Positions 54,301 to 64,000 of a stretch of DNA of 64,000 bases are shown here, one piece after another. A model generated the notes under the pieces. It was not told the origin of the DNA. It was given only the letters and a program-made list of their open reading frames with translations, and searched no databases. A program made the translations under genes and the position numbers. Position 1 is the first letter of the stretch; each line of letters begins with the position of its first letter. The stretch comes from Phoronis australis. Taxonomy: Eukaryota; Animalia; Phoronida. The DNA lies in the NCBI GenBank assembly GCA_002633005.1, contig NMRA01000178.1, positions 410,062 to 474,061 of the forward strand, in the 5' to 3' direction.

Positions 54301-57300
54301 ATTCACCACTCAATTCATCTATTTGCATGAGATATGTCACGCTGGCGTAAAGATTAGGTGAAATAGGTGATCCAGATGAGTGTCGTGTGATGTAGTCATA
54401 TGCTCTAAAGAGTGCTAAAGCAAGAATGAAGTTATGTCGGAGCATTCTTAAGCAACTTAATTACTGTTAATTGGATCACGTTAGCAAACCAAAGTCTGCA
54501 TTTCGTTAATCAAAATTCGCACTCGGAAAGTCGACGATACTCGGTTACTCAATTAATTTTGTACACTTCTCAACTTCGACTATCAGAAAAACAAACTTGA
54601 TTTATTTCGTGCGAAATAGTGTAAAGCCAGAAGTCTAAATTTCAGAGAACGTCCGACAGACAACGTTGAGAATTTTCGATTTGCAAGAAATCCCCAAAAC
54701 TACATGTTTCGTTGTTTTTAACTCTGATCAAAGCTAATGACTGCAAGAGGTCTATACCATCCACAGTAATCCCCAAAATGCGTTTTTCAAACATAAAACC
54801 CGTTTAATATCCCTTTAACATAATTACACCACCATTGTACGGTTCTATTATTAGCAACCCATAGACTAATAATAATTGTTAATGGAAGTATTTACAATTA
54901 GCAATAGAAGTGAAACGATTATTAGCAACAGCACAGTAGCGGTATTACCGGCGGTAAAAATTCTCCAACTTCGAACAGTCAGTAGAATTTCAGACACAGA
55001 TACTACCGCAAAATTTGAATTTTCTTGATGCTGGAATTTGACTTTCATCATGCTTATCAAATTTCGGACAATGTGTTTTCAATCTACAGTGCGGGTAATT
55101 CTGTCGTCTGTCCGGTGGTTCTTGAATTTGGGTCCACCAATATTGTCTCTTTCCAGAATTTTGGATAAGCTCCAACAATGGGAAAAATAATCTTTTCAAA
55201 CTGTCCCAAATTTTGATACTAGCAGATAAAAGCCCAACTAATTGAAATCCCCTCCTTTGTGTTATTATCGAAGGCCGCCATGCATGCTTATCCGACGCCC
55301 TTTTCGGATTTTAACTTTTGCTGTTATTTTTAGCTTGAAAACACATACTACACGTATAAAAGTCCTTTACAAAAAGAAGCTCAGGCCCTACCATGGGGTA
55401 TGTATAGGTGACATTGATGGTTTGACAGCCAAAATGCGACAGGTTGGTACCGCGAGCCATTTGCTAACTTACATTTGTGTATGTTGGCAGCATTGAAAAT
55501 TACATTAGATTCTCCCTATTGTAGCCTCTTAGTCTACTTTGAAAATGACACACACTCTTGTACAGGCACACAATGCAATGGCTGACCAATATTTAATGCA
55601 ACAAAACGAAAAGAAAGAACATATTGAGTTACATCTAATCCTGTATTTTCCACCGACGAGGAAAGAAATATGAAACAAATGGCGCAAAAACTTATAGAAA
55701 GGTACGCCAAACTGCTGCTAGCAGAGACTTCTATTGGATACTACAGAAAACTGACAAATCTAGCGCAACTTGCCCCACTCATGTCCAACTCAGTTGTCCC
55801 GTCGGGACACAGCTTTGGTATACATTTTGAAAATGAGTTCCCTTACCCCGTGTCTTGGCAGTTCATACTCGGACTTTCAGATTCATCAATGTTTCTATGA
55901 CATCACAGTGGACAAAAGTCGGATATATTGTGCCCATATTTTGATAAGCTGAGTTTGATGTCCGTTATTCAATAGAGAAAACTGGTTCTCAAAATGAGGG
56001 CACGATATATCCGAACATTAGGTCTTAAGGCACCACCCTCACCATATGGTTACGGTGATTACCTTCTGCTCAATGATTGGCCACTGCCTTGCCATCATTA
56101 AAACAAAGACAGATTTTTAATTATTTACACAAAAGGCACTGTTTTGGTTATTGTTTGAAATAAAGGTTGTTCGCACACTTTTTTATTAATAGTATCATAG
56201 AAATTAATCTGTTTTCGAATCAAAATACACCATTTTTACAATAATTTAGATATATATATTGTTGCAATATACCATTAGCTTTTATTTTTATAAAAAATTG
56301 CAGAAAATTTCAACATTATATTACTCGTGATATTCCGGCTTTTTCCGTAAAAATGTGACACATTTCATTTCCCATAACCAAGTCTTAAATGGCTAAAACG
56401 ATCAGCGCCATCTTGAGGTTTTGGGACGAGGCTGACTTACCTAAGTGAATGATGTCATCAAGTGAGACAGTGCTGCCACTGCTGCTCACATCATGATTAT
56501 TAATTTTGCCGTCCTCGTCATCCTCATCGTGCTCTTTTGGCGGCACCTTCCGGACGATCTCTGCAAACAGTTGACTAGTGTCCACCACAGGAGAGATGCT
56601 TTTTATTTTCTTGCTTTCAGGGTCGTCATTTGTCAAGATGGCTTGTCGCTGGTTTTCTGATTCACCGTCTGGGAGCATATGGTGCTCGGGTCTCTTGAAT
56701 GCCCACATCTTAGAGAAAAAAATTGCAAAAAGACGTTTACTATAAGTAAATAGATTTTTAAAAACTCTTAGAAACCAACCGAATTACATTTAAGTTGTGA
56801 ATTCTTTAAGAGTACTACATTGTGGGGTGTCGTGGTAAAGTCTTACTTATTCATTATGAGGGTTTTTTATCAATTGGTCTATTATTCATCTGAATATGGA
56901 TTGAGTATACAGAATACTGAGCTGAGTTTTTAAACGCAAGATTCTCACCATACACGGGCGGGGAGAAATCTTCGCCTAGTGTAACATAAAAGGGAATTGT
57001 ACAAAATAACGTCAACATTCAAACCCCACCGACCAATCACTTCTGTGTCAGCCATCTTGTTACGGTTACCTCATAATGCCTGACCCGAGCATATTCCTTT
57101 TGCCTGATTTTGGGTAGTCTTGGTTTTTGCGAGTTTCTTGCTCCTACAGAACACACCCCTGTTCACCGGCATTACGTGCGTTAAGGGTCCCAGTCATTGG
57201 CTCTACCACGAGTCGGCTCACCAAACATTATCAAAGATCATGTCGTGGAAATCCACATTTCGTGTTTGCGCAGAAGGTAGCTTACTTTGGAAAAGAAACG

Positions 57301-60300
57301 TTTGAAACCGAGACAAAAGGCTTTTGAAATCTACGTAGAATGTCAGTATTATATGTGTCAACTGTTTTAGCAAGCCCAAATTGCAGTTTTATACCGACAA
57401 GTCAAAACAAAACGCTTATCTGTAGTGCACTGTATACTTAATGACGGAACGGGAAAAGTGATCAACGTTGTGTCACGCGACTGACTTACTTTTAAATGAA
57501 AGTTCCTGCGCTCTATTTTCACATTTCAGGGATGGCCAACTAAAATTCGACGCGTTTCCTGACCTGTAAGTTAAGCTTACATGTACTTCTTACAAACCCT
57601 TTTATGGTGGATTTTTAAGAGTAAAAGGCCTATATCGATTTTCGTCTTTTATCCGTATAAACTGTCCGGAAGGCAGCTGTAAAAATTGCAATTGCATAAC
57701 ATATAATTATAAATCAGTAATCTCATTCAAATAGAAATTTCAAGGGTGCAGTGTATTTCGATATGTTGAATTTCGTATCACATTTGCTCTCCGTAAATAC
57801 CAGGTTCCCGTTGGCCAGTGAGGAATCACCTCGGTCCAGGAAAACCCCTCCAAAACCTTGGTTATCGAGTAAGGTAAGGAGAAACGAAGCTCAGTTAACA
57901 AAAGCATATACTGGTTACTTGGCTCTGATTTTGATGACCAGTATTACATACGTGCTTTTTCGTCCGAAAGTTCCCGTATGTGGCAACTATGGGGACATAA
58001 AAATGACCGGATATCCAAAAGAATTAGTATAGGTTTAGGGGACGTAACTGGTGAAGGGTCGTCAAACGTCGCAACGCCGTAAACATGTTTTGCATGAAGC
58101 GTTCAAGAGTTCCTAAACGACCCGTACGTTTGCTTAATTTACGTGTACTTTTGCTTAATCTACGATTGTACTTTTGTTTAATCTAAGCGTACTTTTTGTT
58201 TGACATACGCGTACTTTTAGTTCTTAAACGATCACCGTTCTGTTCTTATTCAACGGCCACCTTGTGTTAATCTAAACGTAGTTTTACTTAATCAACGCGT
58301 ACATTTAATCAGTTGATATTGTCCAATAACGCCTTATGTTAAAAATGGTCAGTTGGCGATTTGGGCAATTAAATGAAGGATTGCTCGAAAAAAGTTTGAT
58401 AACAGGTGTCCTTCTATGCTCAAAAGGTACTTATAGCAACTTAACTTAGATTGTTTTAATCAGTGTGAGGCCTAATTTGCCGAAAAGCTTCCGTGTCGAC
58501 TGCTCCAGTAGAGACAGTGAAGCTTCTAAGCTTAGAAGCTTCACTGTCTCTACTGGAGCAGTCGACACGGTGGTACTGTCTAAGGAACGCACAAATTAAG
58601 CAAAAGTACGCACATTTTTACGCGTAGAAAGGTACTCGTTTAAGAACCCTTTGGCGCTACATAATTTTGTGGCAAAACACGTTTTGGACGCGTTGTAGTC
58701 CAACAGCCCCACGTGACAACCTTGGAACACTTCGTAACGGTGATTACACGGTAGACACTACAGCGGCGAGAAAGCTTGCAGTGTGGAACGGAAATAGTCA
58801 GTGACTTTATGTAGTTCGACGGTTTCCATGGTTTGCAACTGGCCTCTATGGACAATGACTCATGTATCTTCATTTTGTTAAGTTTGGCAATGCGCTTTCA
58901 CGACCATGTCTCAGCTAACGGTTGCTGACGCTGAAGGAAATCCTGAAGTTTTTGCAAGTGTTGTGAAGTCGTTAAGTATCACTACAGATGAAGTCCTCAG
59001 GTTCTAGGATAAGAGGACCCAACAAGTTCTGAAATTACAAGTGCCTTAGATTAATGCTGAAAATTCGTTCACCAAAGAACTGTTTGATATAGGCCTTTCT
59101 TAATGTTGCCTCATGAATATTAAGAGAAAATCCAAAGCGAGGCTAACACTGTTAAACAACTTCCTGTTTACTGTTATGGTAGCCTCCTCTGTGGTGGGTA
59201 ACCGTGACCTTACACTTGTTCCAAACATAACATTTAGCTTTCTGGATTCTTATTGTAAAAAGTCTTCACAGTCATTAGGCAAGAATCATCTGTCCAAAGT
59301 GTACAAGTCATCCAGTGAAAGTTACATAACCTTGGGAAGTGAGCAGTTTTACAGGCTGCATAAACATTGTTCAGTTGTTGTTGAGCTGTCTGAAGGTCAG
59401 GCATAGAAACAATCTATTTCATTGGACTTTTTGCTTCGCAAAAAGAATTCAAGGATACCAATGGGTGGCAAAACTACTGGTTTAATTGTGGTTAAAATAT
59501 TTAGTGCTGTCAGTTGTTTGTAAATGCATTAGACTATTGCGTGAGTCATTGATTCAGTTGCTTGGAACTTGGATTGAAGATGTTTTTGGTTTAATTGATT
59601 AACTAGATTTTTGATGTTTTAATTATTTACTTGTGTTTTAAACCAATCCACAGTGGTCTCTTGTTCTTTGAATCTGGAGAGTTTAAAAACCATGAACTAC
59701 TGCCTTTAATATCCGAAGGACAAGTTGGATCAGTTTTTTTTCTTCATTTTTATTTCTCGCCTGATTACCCAGCCATCTGACTTAGAAATATTTGATAGTG
59801 ATGTTGTCGCTGGCCCTGACCAAAGTTATTCTAGTCGAAATCTAGCATGGCCAACAAGAGGTTTAGTTGCGGTTGTGAGCCAAGTGTACATTCTAATATG
59901 CTGCCGAAAAGAAATTGACAGAGTTAATACTCTGAATAATTCTTGTCATTTGTTACCAAACTATCTGTATGGTTTGCAACTCAGTCCACAATTGATTTAT
60001 TCAGCCAGTCATGTTCAAGAAAATTGGAGTGTTATGCGAATGATTTTCCTTGATGGGCCGAATGACTCTCTTCATAAATTCTTAAACTGGATATTTGTTA
60101 TGTTTTTCTTGCTTCTCCTGAAACAGAGGGATGTTCAGATTTGCACCTGTTTCTCTGAGTATCTTATTAATTAGAAATCCTTTATCAGACTTCACACCGC
60201 CTCGTTTTTCTAGTCAATCAACAATCCATTCAGTCTGGCAATAGCTACATCTGATATTGAGCCTCTGTGCAGTGACGATACAAATTTATTGCGCCATGAG

Positions 60301-62291
60301 AAGCTATTCCAACTAGGGCTTTAAAGGTTGTGAATAACATTGCGAGTTTCTCACCAGTGAGCTTGACTGTAGATTAGCATAGCTCAATATTTTCCTGCTT
60401 ACTGTTGTTACTGTGAAACTGACACTCGCTGACAAGTTTTGCTCCAGGAATTCTACTCTATAAAGGAACACAAAAACAAAAACAGAAACAAGAACAGTTC
60501 ATGAAGGGGACTAATACACCTAGATCTGACAACTCTGTTGAGTAGCTTCCAATTACAGTAAGTGATTACATACTGTTCATACATATACACACAGGCAAGT
60601 GAATATCTAAATGTGATTAACATGAGCTTTTCATAGCAGTACATGTTTCAGATTCAACACAGTTTATAGTGTGTCAAAATTATGAAAGTCAGTGGTTACA
60701 CCTGGGATAGTGCTGTTTGCATCATTGTATGACTGCTTGTTTTGGCTGTGAAATGGTTTATTCATCAACTTGAGAGGGCATGTGTGTCACCCTGCAGTTT
60801 TCTGTGATATAACCAAATCTATACGACTCTTCAGTTTAGTCTGACAACTCAGCAGTCTTTGAAGTCACGACTTTTGAGAAATTTGTGGAGAATCCAAGGT
60901 TTGTCATTTTCCTTAATTTCCAAAGAATATGCATTTAAAATAGCATTTTACACTGACGAAGTTCAAAGTGGTTCTAGGAAACGATGTACTTGAAAGTAAT
61001 TTATTCAAGCATCATAGCCAATGGTGACTAGAGCTGATATCGATATTGTTAAATAACTTTCTTGCAAAGTTGGTCCATTGTATCTGCAAATTTTCACTTG
61101 CCACTGTCTTCGTCAGTATAAAATCGATGAGATGACAATACTTTGTTTCTTCTTTGGTTATTTGTGCAGCAAGCGACACAGCAGTGTACCATAAGATTGT
61201 TTACGTAGAGATTCACTGTAGACAGATAGCTTCCTGAAGACTTAACAGTAATAGCTTCGTTCTGAGATTGGAATGTGAGTCATGCATGAATTTTGAGAAA
61301 GGCCTATGGTATATTTAAAAAATCTTACCTTTAGCCAAAGCAATAACTTGTTTGCGCAGTGATGTGCTACAGTAACTAAAGTAGATTAGATTGCACTGAA
61401 TTACAGCCGTGCAACTGAAGTCTGTCGCGCCCGCTTAACGTCAAGTTAGCTTCCGCGACTCAAACGCAACAATGTACTAGAGGTGTTTAATTTACAGCCG
61501 TTTTATTTTTGTAAGCTTTGGAAACAAGGTCGACGCCTCCGACAAGCTCACTTGGTTGTGTTATTTATTCTTGCGTTTGAATTATTCATGTAAACAAGCT
61601 TTGTGTGCTGGCCGTTCAAGACTTACAGTACACGGCTTTGTATTACGTGCCCTGAATGAAAAAATACAATACGTTGATCAAGTGCATTTCAAAACCTGTG
61701 TTGCTACTAAAAACATCTTAATTTCTTTACCATACTAAACTGAGAGCCAAACACGCTACTCCATTAAAGTACATGCAATCAGTCGGGAGAGCATCAGGTC
61801 GACTGGGTTCGGGTCCCCCGTCGTCGTGGTCGCCGGGACACCACGTCGACTGACTTGATCGGGTACCATGTCGACTGATTGCGTACGACTAGGACTTGGT
61901 CGGGCTCGACTGTGTCTTGGTGAGGCATCATATCAAGTTTATGCACACCGCGTCGGCCTAGTTGATCAAAACGTCACTGCAGGTAATTTATTTTGTCCCA
62001 TCTGCGCCGTGACCTGATGCCAAAGCTTTATACACCAAACCAGTTGGAAGTGAAACGATTCAATATTTCACTGCAGAACAAAATTATCTCGTTTGACCTC
62101 AGCAACAAGTACAACAAAAATGACCCCGGGATGTAGGTTTCGGACTAGTCCCATCACTCTGTTAAATTTGTAAGCTTTGTCACCCAGCTTACATGCTTAG
62201 AGATCATACCATGCTTCCGTTCACTGGGCCTTGACCTTGTGAAGAAAGGATTCTGATGCACGTTCCATGCAATGCTACTTTTGAAAACCAT
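42328..62291 (-). CDS. Ser/Arg/Pro/His-rich, probably disordered protein of ~620 aa (exons 62291-62193, 56708-56441, 43826-42328)
   Basis: A 1.5-kb open terminal exon follows a tttcag acceptor (phase 1). Exon 56708-56441 has a ttttctctaag acceptor and G|gtaagt donor (phase 0 to 1). Exon ending 62193 (MVFKSSIAWNVHQNPFFTRSRPSERKHGMISKH|gtaag) is phase 0. The terminal exon is well supported; connectivity is inferred and exons could lie in the gap. No domain recognised. Confidence 0.65.
44650..45280. promoter_or_regulatory. Candidate intronic enhancer/alternative promoter (GATA cluster, DR1, Fox-like sites)
   Basis: Several GATAA/TTATC motifs (~44655, 44693, 44822, 44879, 44910, 45125), DR1 cggtca-a-aggtca at 44980-44992, and aaacaaacacaaacacaaac at ~45251. 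Confidence 0.3.
46990..47050 (-). mobile_element. Possible tRNA-derived SINE head (degenerate)
   Basis: Minus strand taggtgtaacgcgcgggcttgcaa...ggtttgaatccc has A/B-box-like spacing but no intact cloverleaf. Confidence 0.3.
47793..48050. mobile_element. Fold-back MITE with ~80-bp imperfect TIRs (family B copy 1)
   Basis: aaagggttgttaaatgagtaactttctgcgcgtagaaatgtgc...ttgcttaatctacgcgtac vs reverse-complemented end aaagggctcttaaacgagtacatttctacgggttgaaatgtgc...ttgctaaatttacgcgtac. Confidence 0.75.
48985..49810. other. Assembly gap
   Basis: Run of N. Confidence 1.
50762..50982. mobile_element. Second, left-truncated copy of the Harbinger-like MITE
   Basis: caacttccaaactttgaaacttccac..cggtaagt..gtcaaaattaa...ggaacggcccccag is shared with 41459-41682. 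Confidence 0.75.
56060..56434. mobile_element. MITE family A copy 3 (left TIR lost)
   Basis: Body and right TIR (aaatggctaaaacgatcagcgccatcttgaggttttgggacgaggctg) match copies 1 and 2. Confidence 0.8.
58101..58656. mobile_element. Family B fold-back MITE copy 2 with expanded ~22-bp ttgcttaatctacgcgtactt units
   Basis: Tandem units at 58128-58220. Right end acgcgtagaaaggtactcgtttaagaaccctttggcg matches 48015-48050. Confidence 0.7.
58491..58570. repeat. Perfect 80-bp palindrome, no spacer
   Basis: ccgtgtcgactgctccagtagagacagtgaagcttctaag is followed directly by its exact reverse complement. Confidence 0.97.
59000..60950 (-). mobile_element. Possible heavily decayed LINE (CR1/L2-like) ORF2
   Basis: Scattered minus-strand motifs in the expected order: IKENDKPWI (~60920) ... 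QNLLGPLIL (~59030, cf. QGSxLGPLLF). No continuous ORF. Confidence 0.3.
61797..61916. repeat. Degenerate GC-rich repeat of gtcgactg units
   Basis: gtcgactg / acgactag / ctcgactg recur about five times within 120 bp. Confidence 0.5.
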
Positions 62292-63319
62292 CGTGTTGGA
62301 TCCATGCTTTCTATCAAAAATATGTAACTTAGTCCGCTAACCGTTATAAAACGGTCTCATCCTATTCGTTATTTAGGAAAGAAATGAACTCTGGGCTCAT
62401 GTTATTTCAGACGAGTCTCAATAAAGTTCAGGCCAACGCGTGTACGTTCACCCCAGTCGAAGCTCGAGATACGTTGGGTTGGTCAAGGCAAACTTATTGT
62501 ACTGTATGTAGTCAATTGCACAACTGACGTATGACACAAAAGATAATTAATGCCGTTTTGGATGTGTTAAACGGGCCTATATGAACCGTTAGAAAGCCGT
62601 TTTGGGCACGTCACTGCAAATGTTTTTGTCGCTTTAACCCTAAGGGTGTCTGGTTATCACTCAAAAGCACGCACACGGTTCGTTACCAACTGAAATGTAA
62701 TCGGCATTTCCACTGCTCATACACTGTACTGCTTTTCCATTGTCGGTACATGTAGCGTTATTTCCACTTGAACGTTTTAGAACACGACGCGTTTGTCAAT
62801 TATCAATATCTTGAAGCACTGTTGAACTAGAAGAGTACTGAACCTATAAACGTAACAATTCATGCGCGCCAGATTAAGACATGGACCAGCGGGGTTCATT
62901 TATTGTGTCAATTCAACTGAAAGATTCTTCCCTGGCAATTTATTTATTTCAATTCGAAGTTTGCGACTTCGACTTGACTTAACCCTCGTTGCGCAAGAGA
63001 AAATTGGCCCGCAAGCAACGTGAACTTGACCTTCCCATTCTACCAAATGAAGTAAGCTTCGATTTAATTAGTAGACCATCGAAAATTATAAAAGTAGCCT
63101 CGACATGTTCCTTAAACGGATTAAAAATGATTTTAGATCTTGGAAAGAACCAACATTCCGACATTGACTGTGGCCATTCTCGGCGCACAACTTACCAATA
63201 CAGACTGCTTAATACCATGTCCGAGCAAAAACGTTTTTAAAGCTTAAAAACACTTCGAGTCTTAAAAATGATTCATTTTGCCAAAATTTCCGATTGCTTT
63301 GGTCATTTGCGAAATACGT

Positions 63320-64000
63320 TTATCTCTCCCCTGCAGAAACTTTCTGTGTGTTAAGAGCCTTACTCTGGTTTGAGTCTGTTTCACACGAAATGACTTTAAT
63401 GACAACACCGTTCGATTCCGCGGGAGGTGATGGCGGAGAGGTGACGTTCTTTGCAGGCGGGGGACTCGTCAGTTGATTCCTTGGAGAGATGTCACTCCCC
63501 CTAGGACTTGTGTCACTTTTATTAGACGAGGCCGACAGTTTTCTCTGTCGAAACTGTTTCCTTGAAATCATCGGCGACGCGACATGTGACGATATCAGTG
63601 GCGATGTTGGCGGCCACTTAGCGCCATCCAAACTATCCTGTCGTTTCATGGTATTATTGCCCAAGTCTATTGAAATCATGGGACTTTTTCTTCTCATGAG
63701 CATGGGTGAGTCTATTGATGATCGAGTAGAAAGAGCGCTATCTGGTCGATTTCGAGGACTACGACCAGCGTTACCGGCAGATGGAATTCTGGTACGAGGG
63801 CTCAGACTTTGAATGGTCTCGCCGCGCTCGAAGGGATTGCGAGAACTGAAGGACTGTGCGCGGACACGTGAGTGCGAATTTTGAAGTTGACTAAACGCCC
63901 GCAATGTGTCCAGTTGGTCCTGTTGTTGGTCAATTGATTTTCTTGGACGACGAACTGATTTAATATACTCCGGCTCTCCTAGTGTAGTAAGTTGCCGCAG
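63320..64000 (-). CDS. Large Ser/Arg/Pro-rich exon, open from the window edge to a TAA (probable terminal exon of the upstream gene)
   Basis: Open frame of more than 220 codons: ...EYIKSVRRPRKSIDQQQDQLDTLRAFSQLQNSHSRVRAQSFSSRNPF...SPRGSDISPRN...KVSAGER*. Confidence 0.7.
   Translation of the reverse strand: MRQLTTLGEPEYIKSVRRPRKSIDQQQDQLDTLRAFSQLQNSHSRVRAQSFSSRNPFERGETIQSLSPRTRIPSAGNAGRSPRNRPDSALSTRSSIDSPMLMRRKSPMISIDLGNNTMKRQDSLDGAKWPPTSPLISSHVASPMISRKQFRQRKLSASSNKSDTSPRGSDISPRNQLTSPPPAKNVTSPPSPPAESNGVVIKVISCETDSNQSKALNTQKVSAGER

Noticed and set aside
58128-58310. Spaced ~22-bp repeats (also 29339-29510 and 61797-61916) as a CRISPR-like array
   Set aside because: Units are degenerate and contiguous without unique spacers, there are no cas genes, and the context is eukaryotic; they fit MITE subterminal repeats.

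Overview
AT-rich eukaryotic (invertebrate-like) genomic DNA with GT-AG introns, many decayed DNA transposons/MITEs and an assembly gap (48985-49810). No prokaryotic operons, rRNA or CRISPR arrays are visible. Splicing exons by hand gives two tandem + strand paralogues with identical four-exon structure (intron phases 0-0-1), both encoding small secreted cysteine-rich proteins: about 203 aa with two Lustrin/WR1-type repeats plus a 6-Cys WAP domain (22476-25664), and about 116 aa with one Lustrin-type repeat (28592-35868). The - strand carries an approximately 620 aa Ser/Arg/Pro-rich, probably disordered protein gene (62291-42328) and a compositionally similar large exon at the right edge. Mobile DNA includes a dead DD37D (maT-type) Tc1/mariner, a P-superfamily non-autonomous element (31-bp TIRs, 7-bp TSD, spliced THAP remnant), Kolobok-, Harbinger-, MuDR- and hAT-like MITEs, and two perfect hairpins. 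The best candidate for something undescribed is the mini-Lustrin/WAP gene pair. All gene models are manual and have not been checked against transcripts or databases.
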